DNA of 63,486 nucleotides, the filler included, from Rhabdomonas costata (Eukaryota): assembly GCA_019059605.1 (NCBI GenBank). It is 51 parts of 51 records of this genome, joined end to end, with 100 filler letters (N's around TTAATTAATTAA, not from the genome) between each part and the next. Parts side by side here need not be neighbours in the genome. Positions count along the whole stretch, not along the records: positions 49,870 to 51,016 come from JAHMHO010026289.1; positions 51,117 to 52,263 come from JAHMHO010026290.1; positions 52,364 to 53,510 come from JAHMHO010026291.1; positions 53,611 to 54,757 come from JAHMHO010026292.1; positions 54,858 to 56,004 come from JAHMHO010026293.1; positions 56,105 to 57,249 come from JAHMHO010026294.1; positions 57,350 to 58,496 come from JAHMHO010026295.1; positions 58,597 to 59,745 come from JAHMHO010026296.1; 43 more parts are not named here. The stretch is one strand, 5' to 3'. Below the pieces are notes generated by a model. The model did no database searches. It was not told the DNA's origin and worked only from the letters and a program-made list of their open reading frames with translations. The position numbers and the translations under genes are program-made. Shown piece by piece: positions 50,747-62,693 of this stretch. Positions within the stretch are counted from its first letter, which is position 1, and every line of letters starts with the position of its first letter.

Positions 50747-52363
50747 GTGGCAGTTTTCACTTCACTCTCCCTATCCTCCTCCTCTTCCTCTTTCATGCAT
50801 GCGCGGGCCCCCCGATGTGCACGCCCCCCTCTCTTTTTGGACAATCAGCTCTGCAGCACAGCTACCTGCCGAAGGGAGACCTTTCTGCAGTGTGGTGGCG
50901 ATGGCTCCTGATGCACGATGCGCTCCTTCTTTAGCACAACATTTCTGAAACATCCGCTGCTGAGAAAGAGGAAGAGGAGGAGGATAGGGAGAGTGAAGTG
51001 AAAACTGCCACCACCCNNNNNNNNNNNNNNNNNNNNNNNNNNNNNNNNNNNNNNNNNNNNTTAATTAATTAANNNNNNNNNNNNNNNNNNNNNNNNNNNN
51101 NNNNNNNNNNNNNNNNGTTTTGGGGGGGAGGCAGCCGAGCCCCGAGAGACGGGGTTGGAGGACTGCTCAGGAGCATCCCTGGGGTCGTCTTGCTGGGAAG
51201 AGCGGTAGTGGTGGACCCACCACAGCATGTCGGAGAGGGGCAGAAGAGCCGCGAGCTTCGGGGGTTGGCCGGAGAGGAGCTGCCGGTGGAAGACCTGCAC
51301 GGCAGTCGCTGCCTTCCCTGTGAGTGGGTGCAGGACGTGGCGCATCGGAGACTCCCTTTAAGGCCGAAGGTGTACGATGCAAGCGATGGGGTCCGGGTCC
51401 GAAATGGCCGGAAAAGGCCGTGGGTTAACACAGAGTGACTGGACACCACGAGCAAAGAGTCCGTAAACAGAAGCGATCGCGCCACTTTAAAAAAGCGAAT
51501 TTATGCGTGCCAGCATCAACGGTAGCATCCCCATTTGAACCACCTATTGGAATAGATCATCTGATGAAATGCCCCAGCTAATGCGGACACCTACGGCGGC
51601 ATGCTGTGCCGTACTCGTTGATGGTATGGGCACAGACAAATATGCAACTGTGTGGTCAAACCTTGCGACACCAAGCGGATGGCACTGAGCCACTGCGGGC
51701 TCTGGTCCTGCGCCTCGGCGAAGCGGCTCATGAATCCCGGCAGTACAGTCTCGGCACGGAGCATGGCCTCGCGAATCCTGTCCCCGGCCTGGGTGCTCGA
51801 CTATTTTTTGTCGGGGGTGAGTTGGGCATCGCGACCTGATGACTCCATCTTCACCCTTGAAAGTCATTTTAATGGCATGACCGAAGGAAAGAAAATTGAT
51901 AGATTGTGGATTGATGATTCATCATGTTAAAGTCCGGCATCACATCCAGTTCTTCTCTTTCTCACAACGCTGCTGCGGGATCCCTTCCCATGTGGATCGA
52001 CACAGGGACCGCGGGTCGGGGCAGGAACCAACAAACAAATGCTCTGCGTTAGAGCATTTTCAGTTCCCCCCCAGGAGAGGGAAGAGAACCGCTCCTGACA
52101 ATTCAATTCCGCTTGAATTCAATTGGTTGGGCTCTTCCCGACGCCGGCTTCTCGACCATGTCTACTCGGACCCTTTTGGGCATTTTCAGACCTTTCAAAC
52201 ATAAATGCAAGCCCACGTCCCCTACAACCAAATCGATTGCGGTGGAGGGCGACCCCAACCCCCNNNNNNNNNNNNNNNNNNNNNNNNNNNNNNNNNNNNN
52301 NNNNNNNTTAATTAATTAANNNNNNNNNNNNNNNNNNNNNNNNNNNNNNNNNNNNNNNNNNNN

Positions 52364-53183
52364 TCGAAGATTCAGAGCGGGATGCTCGTGCTGGACAACC
52401 GCCCGTTTGGCCTGCATGACTGCATCGACCGCACCCTGGAGATCGTGCAAATGAAGGCAGAGACCAAAGGCCTGGAGCTTGTTCCGTGGATCAGCTCCAC
52501 GGTGCCGCGGGTTTCTGTGGCGGACTCTGGTCGGCTGCGGCAGGTCCTACTGAACCTGCTGAGCAACGCGATCAAGGTTCGTGGTCCGGGCAAAGCTTTT
52601 TCTACTTTCACAAACACACACACACACACACCTCTGCACACAATGAGTAACCAGGAACTAAAATCTCCTGTTTTGGTGGACTGGTTTTGGTTGCCTCGGG
52701 TTCGGCATCGCTGCCATGTTTCCTGTAAAGATTGGTAGAAATGTTTTTAGACAAGTCTGTAGAACTCATCATGATTCATGCTTCTTTCTTTGGTAAGTTA
52801 TACTCCTTTGTTTCTCCTTTGTTTGGGCCCTTTGTCAGTACCCCCCTCCCTCCCTATTTTTCCGAATCGGTGGAGGCAGGGATATTGTTTGTCATGTTGT
52901 GTGCTGCTGCAGCCCGAAATGCGTCAATTTAGATTCATTTTTTTCGTTCCTGTGCTTCTTTTTGTCATAATGCTTCTCCTCACATGTCGTATTGTCTTTT
53001 TGGTGTCAGGTGATTCTCCCTGTACGCACATCTTCCCTTTGCAGTTTACGCACCACGGTAAGGTCGTTCTGCGCTTCCTGACCAGCCCCGATATGAGCCG
53101 ACTGCTGTTTGAAGTCGAGGACACGGGAATCGGCCTTTCGGAGGATTCTATTCACAGGCTTTTCCAGCCCTTTGTGCAAGCAG
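52364..53183 (+). CDS. Sensor histidine kinase (hybrid type), HisKA end plus HATPase_c, two exons
   Basis: Exon 52364-52576 SKIQSGMLVL...ADSGRLRQVLLNLLSNAIK (N box) joins exon 53045-53183 FTHHGKV...FEVEDTGIGLSEDSIHRLFQPFVQA (G1 and F boxes) in frame through a GT-AG intron. Confidence 0.93.
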
Positions 53184-53610
53184 GTGGTGCCTTCTTTGTG
53201 TGTCGTACCCACATAGCTGTTGCGGGCCTCTTGTGTGGGGAGGGGGCGTTAAATGTTTAGCACTAAACGGCCACAAATTTCCAAACCCCGCTCAAATCAT
53301 AATATGTGCTTCTAGAGGTCAGAAAAACAGTATACCTAACCCCATTTTGCTAAAATAAATGCATTTAGAGGTAGTTGACACAGTTTAACTAACCCCCATG
53401 TCCTAAAAAGTGCGTCCTCGGCCCGCACCTCTTGCGGTGCTTCTTCTTGTTTCATACGAGTTCCGCAATGTCACCCTTCCCTACTCTCTTATGTTCCGGC
53501 CCCACCACACNNNNNNNNNNNNNNNNNNNNNNNNNNNNNNNNNNNNNNNNNNNNTTAATTAATTAANNNNNNNNNNNNNNNNNNNNNNNNNNNNNNNNNN
53601 NNNNNNNNNN

Positions 53611-54530
53611 CTCAGCCACCAGATGGAAGAAGTCGCGGAGATGAACCTGGACGCGGTGCAGCAGAAGCCCAGCCGGTTCAAGGAGATCGCGGACATCCAG
53701 GCGTTCTTTGGGACGATGGTGAGCAAGCTTAGGGTAAGCAGCATGCCTTTCCACGCAATCTCTTCCCCTTTCCCTTTTTTCTATGACCACTCGGTGAGGA
53801 GGTGTACGATGGAGCGTCGGATAATGTGCAATGCCCTTTGGACCATCCACGGCATCGTTGACTGGAGTATGGATGTCGTCGGACGGTTTCAGCTGTCTGG
53901 AAAGTTCGTTTTCTTCCTTCAAGTAGAATGGAAACGACCGCACACGTGAGTGTGGTGGATGGGGGGGGGGATAAATGGTACAAAGCTTAACGTTTTATAC
54001 AGTTATGGACGAAAAAAATACACGAGTCGTTTGAACCGTTTTTGGTTTCTCTTTCTCACTGACTTACTGGCTGAAATTTTGGTGGATAATTGGGACAGGT
54101 TTAGATTTGGGTCGGAGATGCGTATGGAGTGGGCGGGGTTGGTTGAGGAGGGGACGTTTTCTAGGACTGGGATTTGGGCCTTATTTAACGTCACGTGGCA
54201 AAAACATGCACGTTTGAAAGGGTCAAGACAGATGTCACGAACTACCGCACAAAGTCAACCACTTATCTGTTGAAGACCATCAGCTTCACCTTCAGGGATT
54301 CGAAGACCTCCACCCCACCCCACCCCGCCCGACACAAGAATTCGAATTAAATTATTTCGAATTCTCGATCATATCAATCCTGTTTAAAACCAGCTCAACG
54401 CATGGCGGGGCTGAGAGGGATTGCGGGGTGCCGTTCCAAACTGACCATTGACCCTATGGCGCTCATTTTTCACTCCCATGTTGTGTGGGAAAGGATTGAC
54501 GTTGGACGTTTTCTCTGACTATTATGCTGG

Positions 54531-54564
<34 letters not shown>

Positions 54565-54757
54565 GCCAAAGCTCCGCATGTCAAATGAAAAGGCGCTGTG
54601 AGTGCAAGCAAGTTGGCTTTCCATCATCTGGGTCTGGGTATCCTCTGCCCCCTGTTCAGGAATTTCGAGCTTACCTCCCGGAGGCGGTGCTACGATCAGA
54701 GACAGAGCCCCTGCCCGATACCCCTGGCACGGAGTCCGAAGGCGCAGAAAAACTCTA
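53611..54757 (+). CDS. HAMP segment of a receptor-type class III cyclase-like protein, two exons
   Basis: Exon 53611-53733 LSHQMEEVAEMNLD...SRFKEIADIQAFFGTMVSKLR|gtaagc joins exon 54660-54757 EFRAYLPEAVL. HAMP followed by an EFRxYLP linker. Confidence 0.78.
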
Positions 54758-55177
54758 NNNNNNNNNNNNNNNNNNNNNNNNNNNNNNNNNNNNNNNNNNN
54801 NTTAATTAATTAANNNNNNNNNNNNNNNNNNNNNNNNNNNNNNNNNNNNNNNNNNNNTAAATATGGGGGGGGGGGTTGACACCCCCTTTGACTTGCGGTC
54901 GGAGGAGACTCTGAGGCGATATAGACATCCTTAGCAGACCCTCATCAAATTGTTGTTTAAATGAGTGAAACCTCAGAGTGTTGTTCCAACTGGTGTTCAA
55001 CGAATGCCCTTGCTTTCCTCTGGGTGGCAGCGACATCGGGGCTGTTTACTTTCTTAAATTCATTGGAGGGAGTGCAAGGCGTAGTGATTCCAATGGGGAG
55101 GATGTAATCGATCCGAAAAATTGCTCTTGGAGCCATTAGCAACTTCTGGCACTGGCTTTGCGGGGGAATGCATGCAG

Positions 55178-55263
55178 GGGCAGGGCTGATTGTCGGGCTG
55201 AGCTGCCTCGCCGCGGGGTTATGCATCGGGGCTGTGGGGGAAGCCAACAACCGGGCCTACGGG
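55178..55263 (+). CDS. V-type H+-ATPase proteolipid (subunit c family) exon
   Basis: GAGLIVGLSCLAAGLCIGAVGEANNRAYG matches the subunit c TM3 pattern GAGL.VGLS.LAAG..IG.VGDA.VR. Bounded by cag| and |gtgcac. Confidence 0.85.
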
Positions 55264-57847
55264 GTGCACTCGCGGCGGCAGAAGTTCCTTGAGGATCCTC
55301 CAAAGACCGCCGCCCCGTCCGACGCCCCACCACAGAAGCCACAAAGGGTACCCGCGTAACCCGTGGGGGTCAGAAGGGACACTCTTTCTGGTGGGTTATC
55401 GTTTTGGAACTACTACTAATCTACTGCTAGGTCCTTCCCACCTCAATGATGGAGCTTTCATTGGACGAGCTCCCACCCCCCGCTGCCAGGCTGCGCCTTG
55501 TATTGTTTGTTTTTGCAATTATCTTTCTGCTCTGAGTATACAGAGACTCCCGGCATGTACGGGAGGTTCCCAGTGCAACCTCGGCGGGAGCGCCTCTTTC
55601 TCTTTGGGCTACCGGCTCAGACCTGCCGACAAGAAACAAAAAGACCGCAGAGGAGTCACCGGTAGAAAAAACGTCGCTTGTTATTTGCCACCAAAAAAAA
55701 AATCGGTTGTGGGGGCATCTTCCTCTTTTCTGTAAATGGCGTGACGACACTTTATTATTATTTCAAACATCGTTGCTTGCGCTCGCTGGTGTTCGTGATT
55801 ACCAAAATTACTAATTACCTCTGTACATAATTTGATTTTAACCTCTTTTAATACCTTTCATGCAAAAAGTGGATTGAGTTAGGTTTCAGGGGTACCGTGC
55901 ATTTTTGTTCGCCTTAAATTGGCACTTTTTGCATGAAAGGTATTAAAAGAGGTTAAAATCAAATTATGTACAGAGGTAATTAGTAATTTTGGTAATCACA
56001 AACCNNNNNNNNNNNNNNNNNNNNNNNNNNNNNNNNNNNNNNNNNNNNTTAATTAATTAANNNNNNNNNNNNNNNNNNNNNNNNNNNNNNNNNNNNNNNN
56101 NNNNTATGGTGGTTGGGATGTGATGCTGGGTTTGTGTCATGGGTGGTAGAAGGATTTCTCGGATGAGTCGGGGTAATGGTCCATAAAATCCGATGGTAGT
56201 GGAGGAATGGGACTTGCAAAGGGGCAGACCAGGGAAGAGATTTTCGTGGCAGTTAAGGGGTGGATGGGAAATATGTGATCAAAATCGATAGAATTTTCGG
56301 AGGAACTGGTGGGAGGCGCGGATTCGATCCAAAGGGGTTTTTTGTTTGGGCAGATGCACATTGTTGTGACTACTGAGCAGACTCACAAGCAACAGCTACC
56401 ACATTTTAACCACGAGGGAAGCGGAAATTGCTAGAGCCGCAAAATTTTACGTAGCATGAGTCACGTAGTGGGTCATGCCGTAGTAGTATTGGCACCTGTG
56501 GTAGTTATGGGGGCCACACTCCAGCTACCCACTACATCCCCACATTACACCACTGTGGAAAAACGTACGAAACCATATGACGCCGGGGAGAAAAAATCTA
56601 TAAAAAACCCTTCTGAAGCAATCCCGATCCTACCGAGTCGACTTGTGCCCATCCCTTCCCCTCTCAGTCGTGCCCGACCCTTCCTCGAAATGGGGATCAC
56701 GTGCAATTATGCACCGGCATCAAGGTGGAAGAGCGCAAAAATGCACAACCCGGAAAGGTGGGAACGCGGTTTTTGATGGCTTTTGACATTCGCAAGCAAC
56801 TTCATATGCAGAAAACCATTACTTTTCTCCACTCAATCCGCCAAACTGCGCACCTCAAACCTAATCAAAAAAGCCGTACGTTCTACAGTCCACTATTTAC
56901 AGCGGTTCCCCCAAAACCAAAACCAAGCCTTTTTGGGTGGGTAACGAAGTGTCATTGTCAGTCAATCGCGCTGGGTGGAGGAGGAAACGGGGGCATTCCC
57001 GGAAGCAGCAAAGCGCTGCCACTGCTTCCCGGCTGTGCTTGCTGGACAGCCTCCACACTAAGGTGAATGGTCGACTCGTTGAGGTCCCAGAGCCCAGTGT
57101 GAGGGGGGTCATGGCCCACCGCAGCCATGACCGTCCCCAGGTCATTCACCACCCACAGGAGGGCCACCCGGCAGGATAGATACGTAGTGGATGTGGAGGG
57201 TTACACGAGGCATCCACGCAGTAGGAGTAGGCGTTCCCCCACCCCCACCNNNNNNNNNNNNNNNNNNNNNNNNNNNNNNNNNNNNNNNNNNNNTTAATTA
57301 ATTAANNNNNNNNNNNNNNNNNNNNNNNNNNNNNNNNNNNNNNNNNNNNGGTGGGGGGGGGCGGTAAAAGTGAGGCTTTCGAACCCTCCTGCTGTTAAGG
57401 CTCTTTTTAAAAAATGGTGAAGAGTTCCAGCAAAGAAAGGTAGAAGTGACTGCCCCACGGTGATAAACAAAACACTTTCACCATGCTGGCCTTTTTCTAA
57501 GCCGAAAACAGATTTGTGATCAAAACGTTTGGAAACACTTTGCTGATGCCCAGAGCATATGGCTGAAGTGCAGCGAAAATTCAAGTGAGGCATTTCAGCG
57601 GTTTTTCTGTCTTGGGTTTCCTTCCCTGCACTCCAGCTGTTGGCAAGTCATGATTCGCCGTTTCCTGGGTGGGCGATATAAAGGTGTCCATAGCGACAGA
57701 TGGAACTTAACATCGGAAATAAACCTTTCACTGGACGTGCCCTGCAAGCTGTCCTTTCTCCTCCGTCCCTATTGCGGCAGTCTCTATCTCTCCCTCGCTT
57801 TCCCACTTTCGGCAGACCGTCGCCGCTCTAACGGAATTTGGAGCCAG

Positions 57848-57914
57848 GCTCGACGTGCAGGCCTCCGATGGGCGCACCTTTCTGATGTGCTGCGCGAAGG
57901 GTGGCCTCACTGAG
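57848..57914 (+). CDS. Ankyrin-repeat exon
   Basis: LDVQASDGRTFLMCCAKGGLTE fits 'dvn..d..G.TpLh.Aa..G..e'. Bounded by cag| and |gtgttc. Confidence 0.6.
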
Positions 57915-58741
57915 GTGTTCGCCTCCAAATGGCCTCCCAATGTACGCAAAGTAACCCAAGTGGCGCATTCTTCGAAATGGTCTGAATGGTTGCAGCAGGA
58001 AGCTGCCATTGAGCCTGTGGCCAGTTCATGGAAAGTAGTGAGATCATTGAGATTGCTGAGCGGGGCCCTCCCAGCGCACCACTTAAAATAGGGCTCAGTC
58101 CCTGCGCCTGTGTGCATTACGAATATGAAAAATTCAATTATTTCAAAAAAAAAAAGATTTGAAATTTTCGGAAAAGAATTCGTCTTTTTTTTTTTGGAAA
58201 TGTCTGAAGCAATCGATATTTCTTGATATTCTTTGAGTTTTGATAAGTATCGGCTTTGGGGAAGCGGGAATCCCCCCCCTTAGGTGAGTTCCGGAGTGGG
58301 ATTTATTTTCCGGATTTTGATTTCCTCACTTTCAGTGCGTCCCTTCATGCACCTTTGAAACCTTACAATTCCAATGCAACTGTCTCGTCGCCATAGGTGC
58401 CTTGAGCTGTGGGAAGTGGTGCTCGCAGAGAATGGGACATTGGGCGTGGAAAGCAGCTAAAGACAAAGCCCCCTGTGAATCAGAAACCACCACCACNNNN
58501 NNNNNNNNNNNNNNNNNNNNNNNNNNNNNNNNNNNNNNNNTTAATTAATTAANNNNNNNNNNNNNNNNNNNNNNNNNNNNNNNNNNNNNNNNNNNNCCCT
58601 CTCTTACCCCTCTCGCAACCTCTCTGGTTCCCATAAACGGGCAGTCCGTCTCTCTCATACATCGCCATCAAGTGTGGATCTTCGTGCCATTGCGCGGGTA
58701 ATGGGTATTTCTTATCGAGCACAACACACTGGCCAGCATAG

Positions 58742-59387
58742 ATGGAACTCATGCGCAGCTCTTCAGTGCATAATGCATGGGATCGTTCCACATGGGAGAC
58801 ACCTGCTATGCATCACGGTCAAAACTCACGAACATTGTATGAACAGATCACAGTGCTGTTCTTTGGCATCACCAACTTCAACGAGGTGCTCCGGGAAGAT
58901 AGCTCAACGGCGGTCCGGACTTATAACGCGTTCATGGAGAAGGTCTTTCCTTTCTTTTTGACGGTCGGTGTTCCCCGCGACTGTGCATTTCGTGATGTTT
59001 CTCTGTGTTTGCGGATTTTTGTGAAAATGTGTGAGGACTGGAGGAATGTGTGAGGATGGCCCTTGTGAACGAACAAAGGATTTCCAAATGTTTGCTGTGG
59101 CCCCACTTGTGAACTTAACTATTCAGAATGGTGATTTCATCCGGAAGGATTCCGGTTCTATCCCAAGAGCCTGCCTAAAAAGTATTTGCGTTTTGTCACA
59201 CCCGTACATTCAAAGGTATGTGAAATCCCGGTGTTCACAGCGACATTTCTCTCAATCTCTCTCACCTTCATGCTTACAGGCCTTTGGGCTGGTTAGTGCC
59301 CACAGCGGCACCGTGGCATCCATTGATGGGGAGAGTCTTCTGGTGCACTGGAACGCGGCTAAAAGGTGCTCCTCGGCGAGGATGCAG
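58742..59387 (+). CDS. Degenerate class III adenylate/guanylate cyclase domain, two exons
   Basis: Exon 58742-58942 (...QITVLFFGITNFNEVL...YNAFMEK|gt) joins exon 59280-59387 (AFGLVSAHSGTVASIDGESLLVHWNA|...gt). This aligns to 'vTvlFsDIvgFt...v..hgG.vdKfiGDa.m..wna'. Confidence 0.78.
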
Positions 59388-59670
59388 GTCTGTGGTGCCG
59401 CCGTTGAGGGAGGAGAGGTGCACGGGTTTGCGTGGCTTGAGGGTGAGGATTTCGTTCGGGTCAGATGGATGCTCCCAGACAGCTTGTGAATTCGTCCCAT
59501 CTTTCTCATCTCCTGCGTAGGTTTTCTGTGTGCCTGTGCGGCACCGTAAACCATGTACTGTTACCTTCACCGATGACCCAAGGCCGTTTTGTTGGAGCGG
59601 TGGATCTTGTTTTATGCAATGTTTTTGGTCATTTGGCAACCACCCACGTCTCATCCGCGTGATTTTCCTC

Positions 59671-59743
59671 TTTTCTTTTCTTTTCTTTTCTTTTCTTTTC
59701 TTTTCTTTTCTTTTCTTTTCTTTTCTTTTCTTTTCTTTTCTTT
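59671..59743 (+). repeat. (TTTTC)n microsatellite
   Basis: About 14 perfect pentamer units at the contig end. Confidence 0.95.
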
Positions 59744-59978
59744 ACNNNNNNNNNNNNNNNNNNNNNNNNNNNNNNNNNNNNNNNNNNNNTTAATTAATTA
59801 ANNNNNNNNNNNNNNNNNNNNNNNNNNNNNNNNNNNNNNNNNNNNGGGTTTTTTGCGTGGACATCAGACCGAACGCTCAACAGTCCACGCAAAAAAAAAG
59901 GAGGAAAATCCTAACTTTTACAATTAGCATCCCACATTAGCGCAGATAGAGGTTAGGAAAACACAAGCACACGGATAC

Positions 59979-60259
59979 CTTTGAGTTCCGCGATTCCTGG
60001 TACTGGTCCACAACAATCGGCAACAGGTCAATGGCCTTCACCCAGGGCATAACCTCCGGATGCCTTTGCAAGGCCCGCACAGCGGCCAGAGCAACCGCGG
60101 CGAGCCGCCGCCCAGAGGGATGGTCTGAACTGGGGAAGGGCTGCGAACCCTCCCCATGTTGGGGGGACGCTTTTGGGGAGAACCGTCGAAGGAGGTGCCA
60201 AATCGACTTCAGTACAACAGTCAGGGGAGACGTGGACCCGCAGCCGGCGCCGTCTTGAA
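59979..60259 (-). CDS. Hypothetical helical protein exon
   Basis: Open frame ...LAAVALAAVRALQRHPEVMPWVKAIDLLPIVVDQYQESRNSK ending at a gtatcc donor. The acceptor is uncertain. Confidence 0.4.
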
Positions 60260-61267
60260 CTTGCAAGGCTGCCATCAGAGGAACAAGGAAACCACAAGAA
60301 GAATAAAGGGTGGTTCGTTGATGTTCTTAGATGTTTGCGCGGAAGTATTATTAGAAATCGTTAGTTAGAATTGCAAAACCTAAATCTGTTGCCAGCGGAG
60401 GCCAAATTTTGGCATTGCTGACAATCTGCTGACAATTTGCTGACAATCTCGGGAGCCCGCAGCAGGAAACCGCTTTTTACAAAGACTTTTTGTACAATTG
60501 CACACGGGGCCTTATAATCTCTCTGCTGAAGAGCAACTCTATTGGGTTTGCCGACTAACAAGTTGAAAGATGGATGATGCAATAATAAGAGGGTGGGTCT
60601 TTTTGGATGACAACAAGTGCGCTGATCCATATTCGATTTGAAAAAAGCTTTCGGCGACGGGTGGACTTTATTGCTCGGAACGTTCAGAGAAGACAACGTT
60701 TGGGAAGAGGGATGAGCTCACGTGCATACGTCCCTGTCATATACGTTCCTCTGGGGTGAAACTATCCAAAAATGTGACCACTGCGCTGGTGGAACAAGCT
60801 AAGACAAGACAACATCCCAACCACCACGTATACACCTCCATCACCAAGACTGACATATCCCCCAAAAAGTACGCCTACCTCATCCAAGCCTATCCCAACG
60901 CGCTAGAAGATGTGAAGCCAACCCTGGAATCAGCGACCACACCATGAGAGACAGTCGGAGTTGAGACCATCGGAATCAGAATCAAACCCAACNNNNNNNN
61001 NNNNNNNNNNNNNNNNNNNNNNNNNNNNNNNNNNNNTTAATTAATTAANNNNNNNNNNNNNNNNNNNNNNNNNNNNNNNNNNNNNNNNNNNNGTGGTGGT
61101 GGTGACAATTTTCGATAAGTTTTATGTTATCATTGGTAACGGTCACCGTTGGAAACTGTTGGCCCCCCTCCCAACATTAATTGGGCCGCCAGCGCAGCCG
61201 AGAGAGAGAAAGCACGAGTTTGCTCTTAAGGAGGCAAAAACGGCAAATAAAACCAGAATGACCGCAC

Positions 61268-62049
61268 CAATGCGGAGAAAAGGGCGAGGGCCGAAGATGG
61301 GTCCGCTGCGGAGGATGACGTGGCGCCCAGGAAGTGCCTCCTGGATGTGCTTCTCCCCCTCTAGCTTAGTACGACCATACACGCACCCCGGGGCTGCCAA
61401 AGCCTCCTTACTGCACGAGGAATCTCCCCGATACACAATGTCCGTGGAAAGGTGAATCTGCACAACCACGGTCCCCCAAAACTCACACTCGCACACAAAC
61501 ACACATACAGCCCTTTATCGAGTTGTTAATCGTTTCAAGCAAAAAAAAAGGGTGGGGGGGAGTCCAGCGCGATCCCAGCGACCCCGAATCAGGATCAGTT
61601 CCGGTGGCAACAATGCACATATACACTGAACATTACCAATACGACGAAACCGCGCTGCCGCATACAAGATGGATGCTGTCCCCACCCTCCCACCGGCTGC
61701 AGAGGGTCATGGTTGCGGACCCTAGTCAGCCAGGCACAATCGCAGGATCATTGTCAGGGAAGAGGACAGAAAAACAAACGTGAAGGAAGCGATGAGGACA
61801 CAAAACCACAAAGAACAGCTGTTGGTTGCCCCTTGGGGGAGAGGGAAATGGGGGAAGGGGAGGCACCAGTAAGCAACGAGGGGGAAGTGCGCTGGTCAGC
61901 CACTGCGGTACATTCAGCTGGGCGGCGTGCTCGGGGCACCTCTCGCACTGCGCCAAGTCCGACAGTGCGGCACAATTCACCACTGCGTCTGGCGCGAAGT
62001 GCACGAAGATTTCCCGAAGCTCTTGCGTTGCACTGGCGCCGCATAAATC
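61268..62049 (-). CDS. RmlD/MAT2B-like extended SDR (dTDP-4-dehydrorhamnose reductase family), two exons
   Basis: Exon 62049-61867 DLC...PDAVVNCAALSDLAQCERCPEHAAQLNVP...LL joins exon 61457-61268 IHLSTDIVYRG...VYGRTKLEGE...VILRSGPIFG. Contains NCAA, HLSTD and the YxxxK motif; GT-AG intron. Confidence 0.88.
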
Positions 62050-62693
62050 CTGAAATAAAAAAGGTATAAAAATGAAATGGGCGAAGCCGAAGCGGCATGA
62101 GCTCTTTTCTATGTGCGGAAGGCATCCCAAAACTGCATTAGGGTGCTTCGGGGTGTCACATGCTTTTAAAACGATTCCAAGGAATTGGGAATTGGAATTG
62201 TATGGGATGGCGAAGATCTCTTTCCCCGGAAATACCACANNNNNNNNNNNNNNNNNNNNNNNNNNNNNNNNNNNNNNNNNNNNTTAATTAATTAANNNNN
62301 NNNNNNNNNNNNNNNNNNNNNNNNNNNNNNNNNNNNNNNAACATAATCGCCTCTTGTGTTATTTTATTGCAAAAGAACTAATGCCCTGCCTTTTTTGGGG
62401 GCTCTGAACGCTCCGTGCGTTCAAAGGGACAGGTCTTCTTAATTCCCTTCGTAATTCCTCCCAGAAGGAAGTTGCTTCCAATTTGGATGAACTGACGAGT
62501 AGTATCCAAAGCATTGAGTGTTCAATGCTGACAACTAAGCAGTCCTTTAATGAGCAGTTCGTCGCCGACACTTCGCAAGGTAGCAGGTTGGCAAGACACA
62601 ACTTTCTTGCAAAGTTGTTTTTTACAATCAAAAATGGACGTTGAATAACCACCAAACCGACTAAACAAAGAAGAAGAAAGGAAACATATTCAC

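Noticed and set aside
52364..59387. Apparent signalling gene cluster (histidine kinase, HAMP, cyclase close together)
   Set aside because: The genes lie on separate contigs divided by spacers, so adjacency reflects assembly ordering.
1193..62295. Regularly spaced TTAATTAATTAA, superficially CRISPR-like or periodic
   Set aside because: It is always embedded in N-runs and is a six-frame-stop linker added during concatenation.
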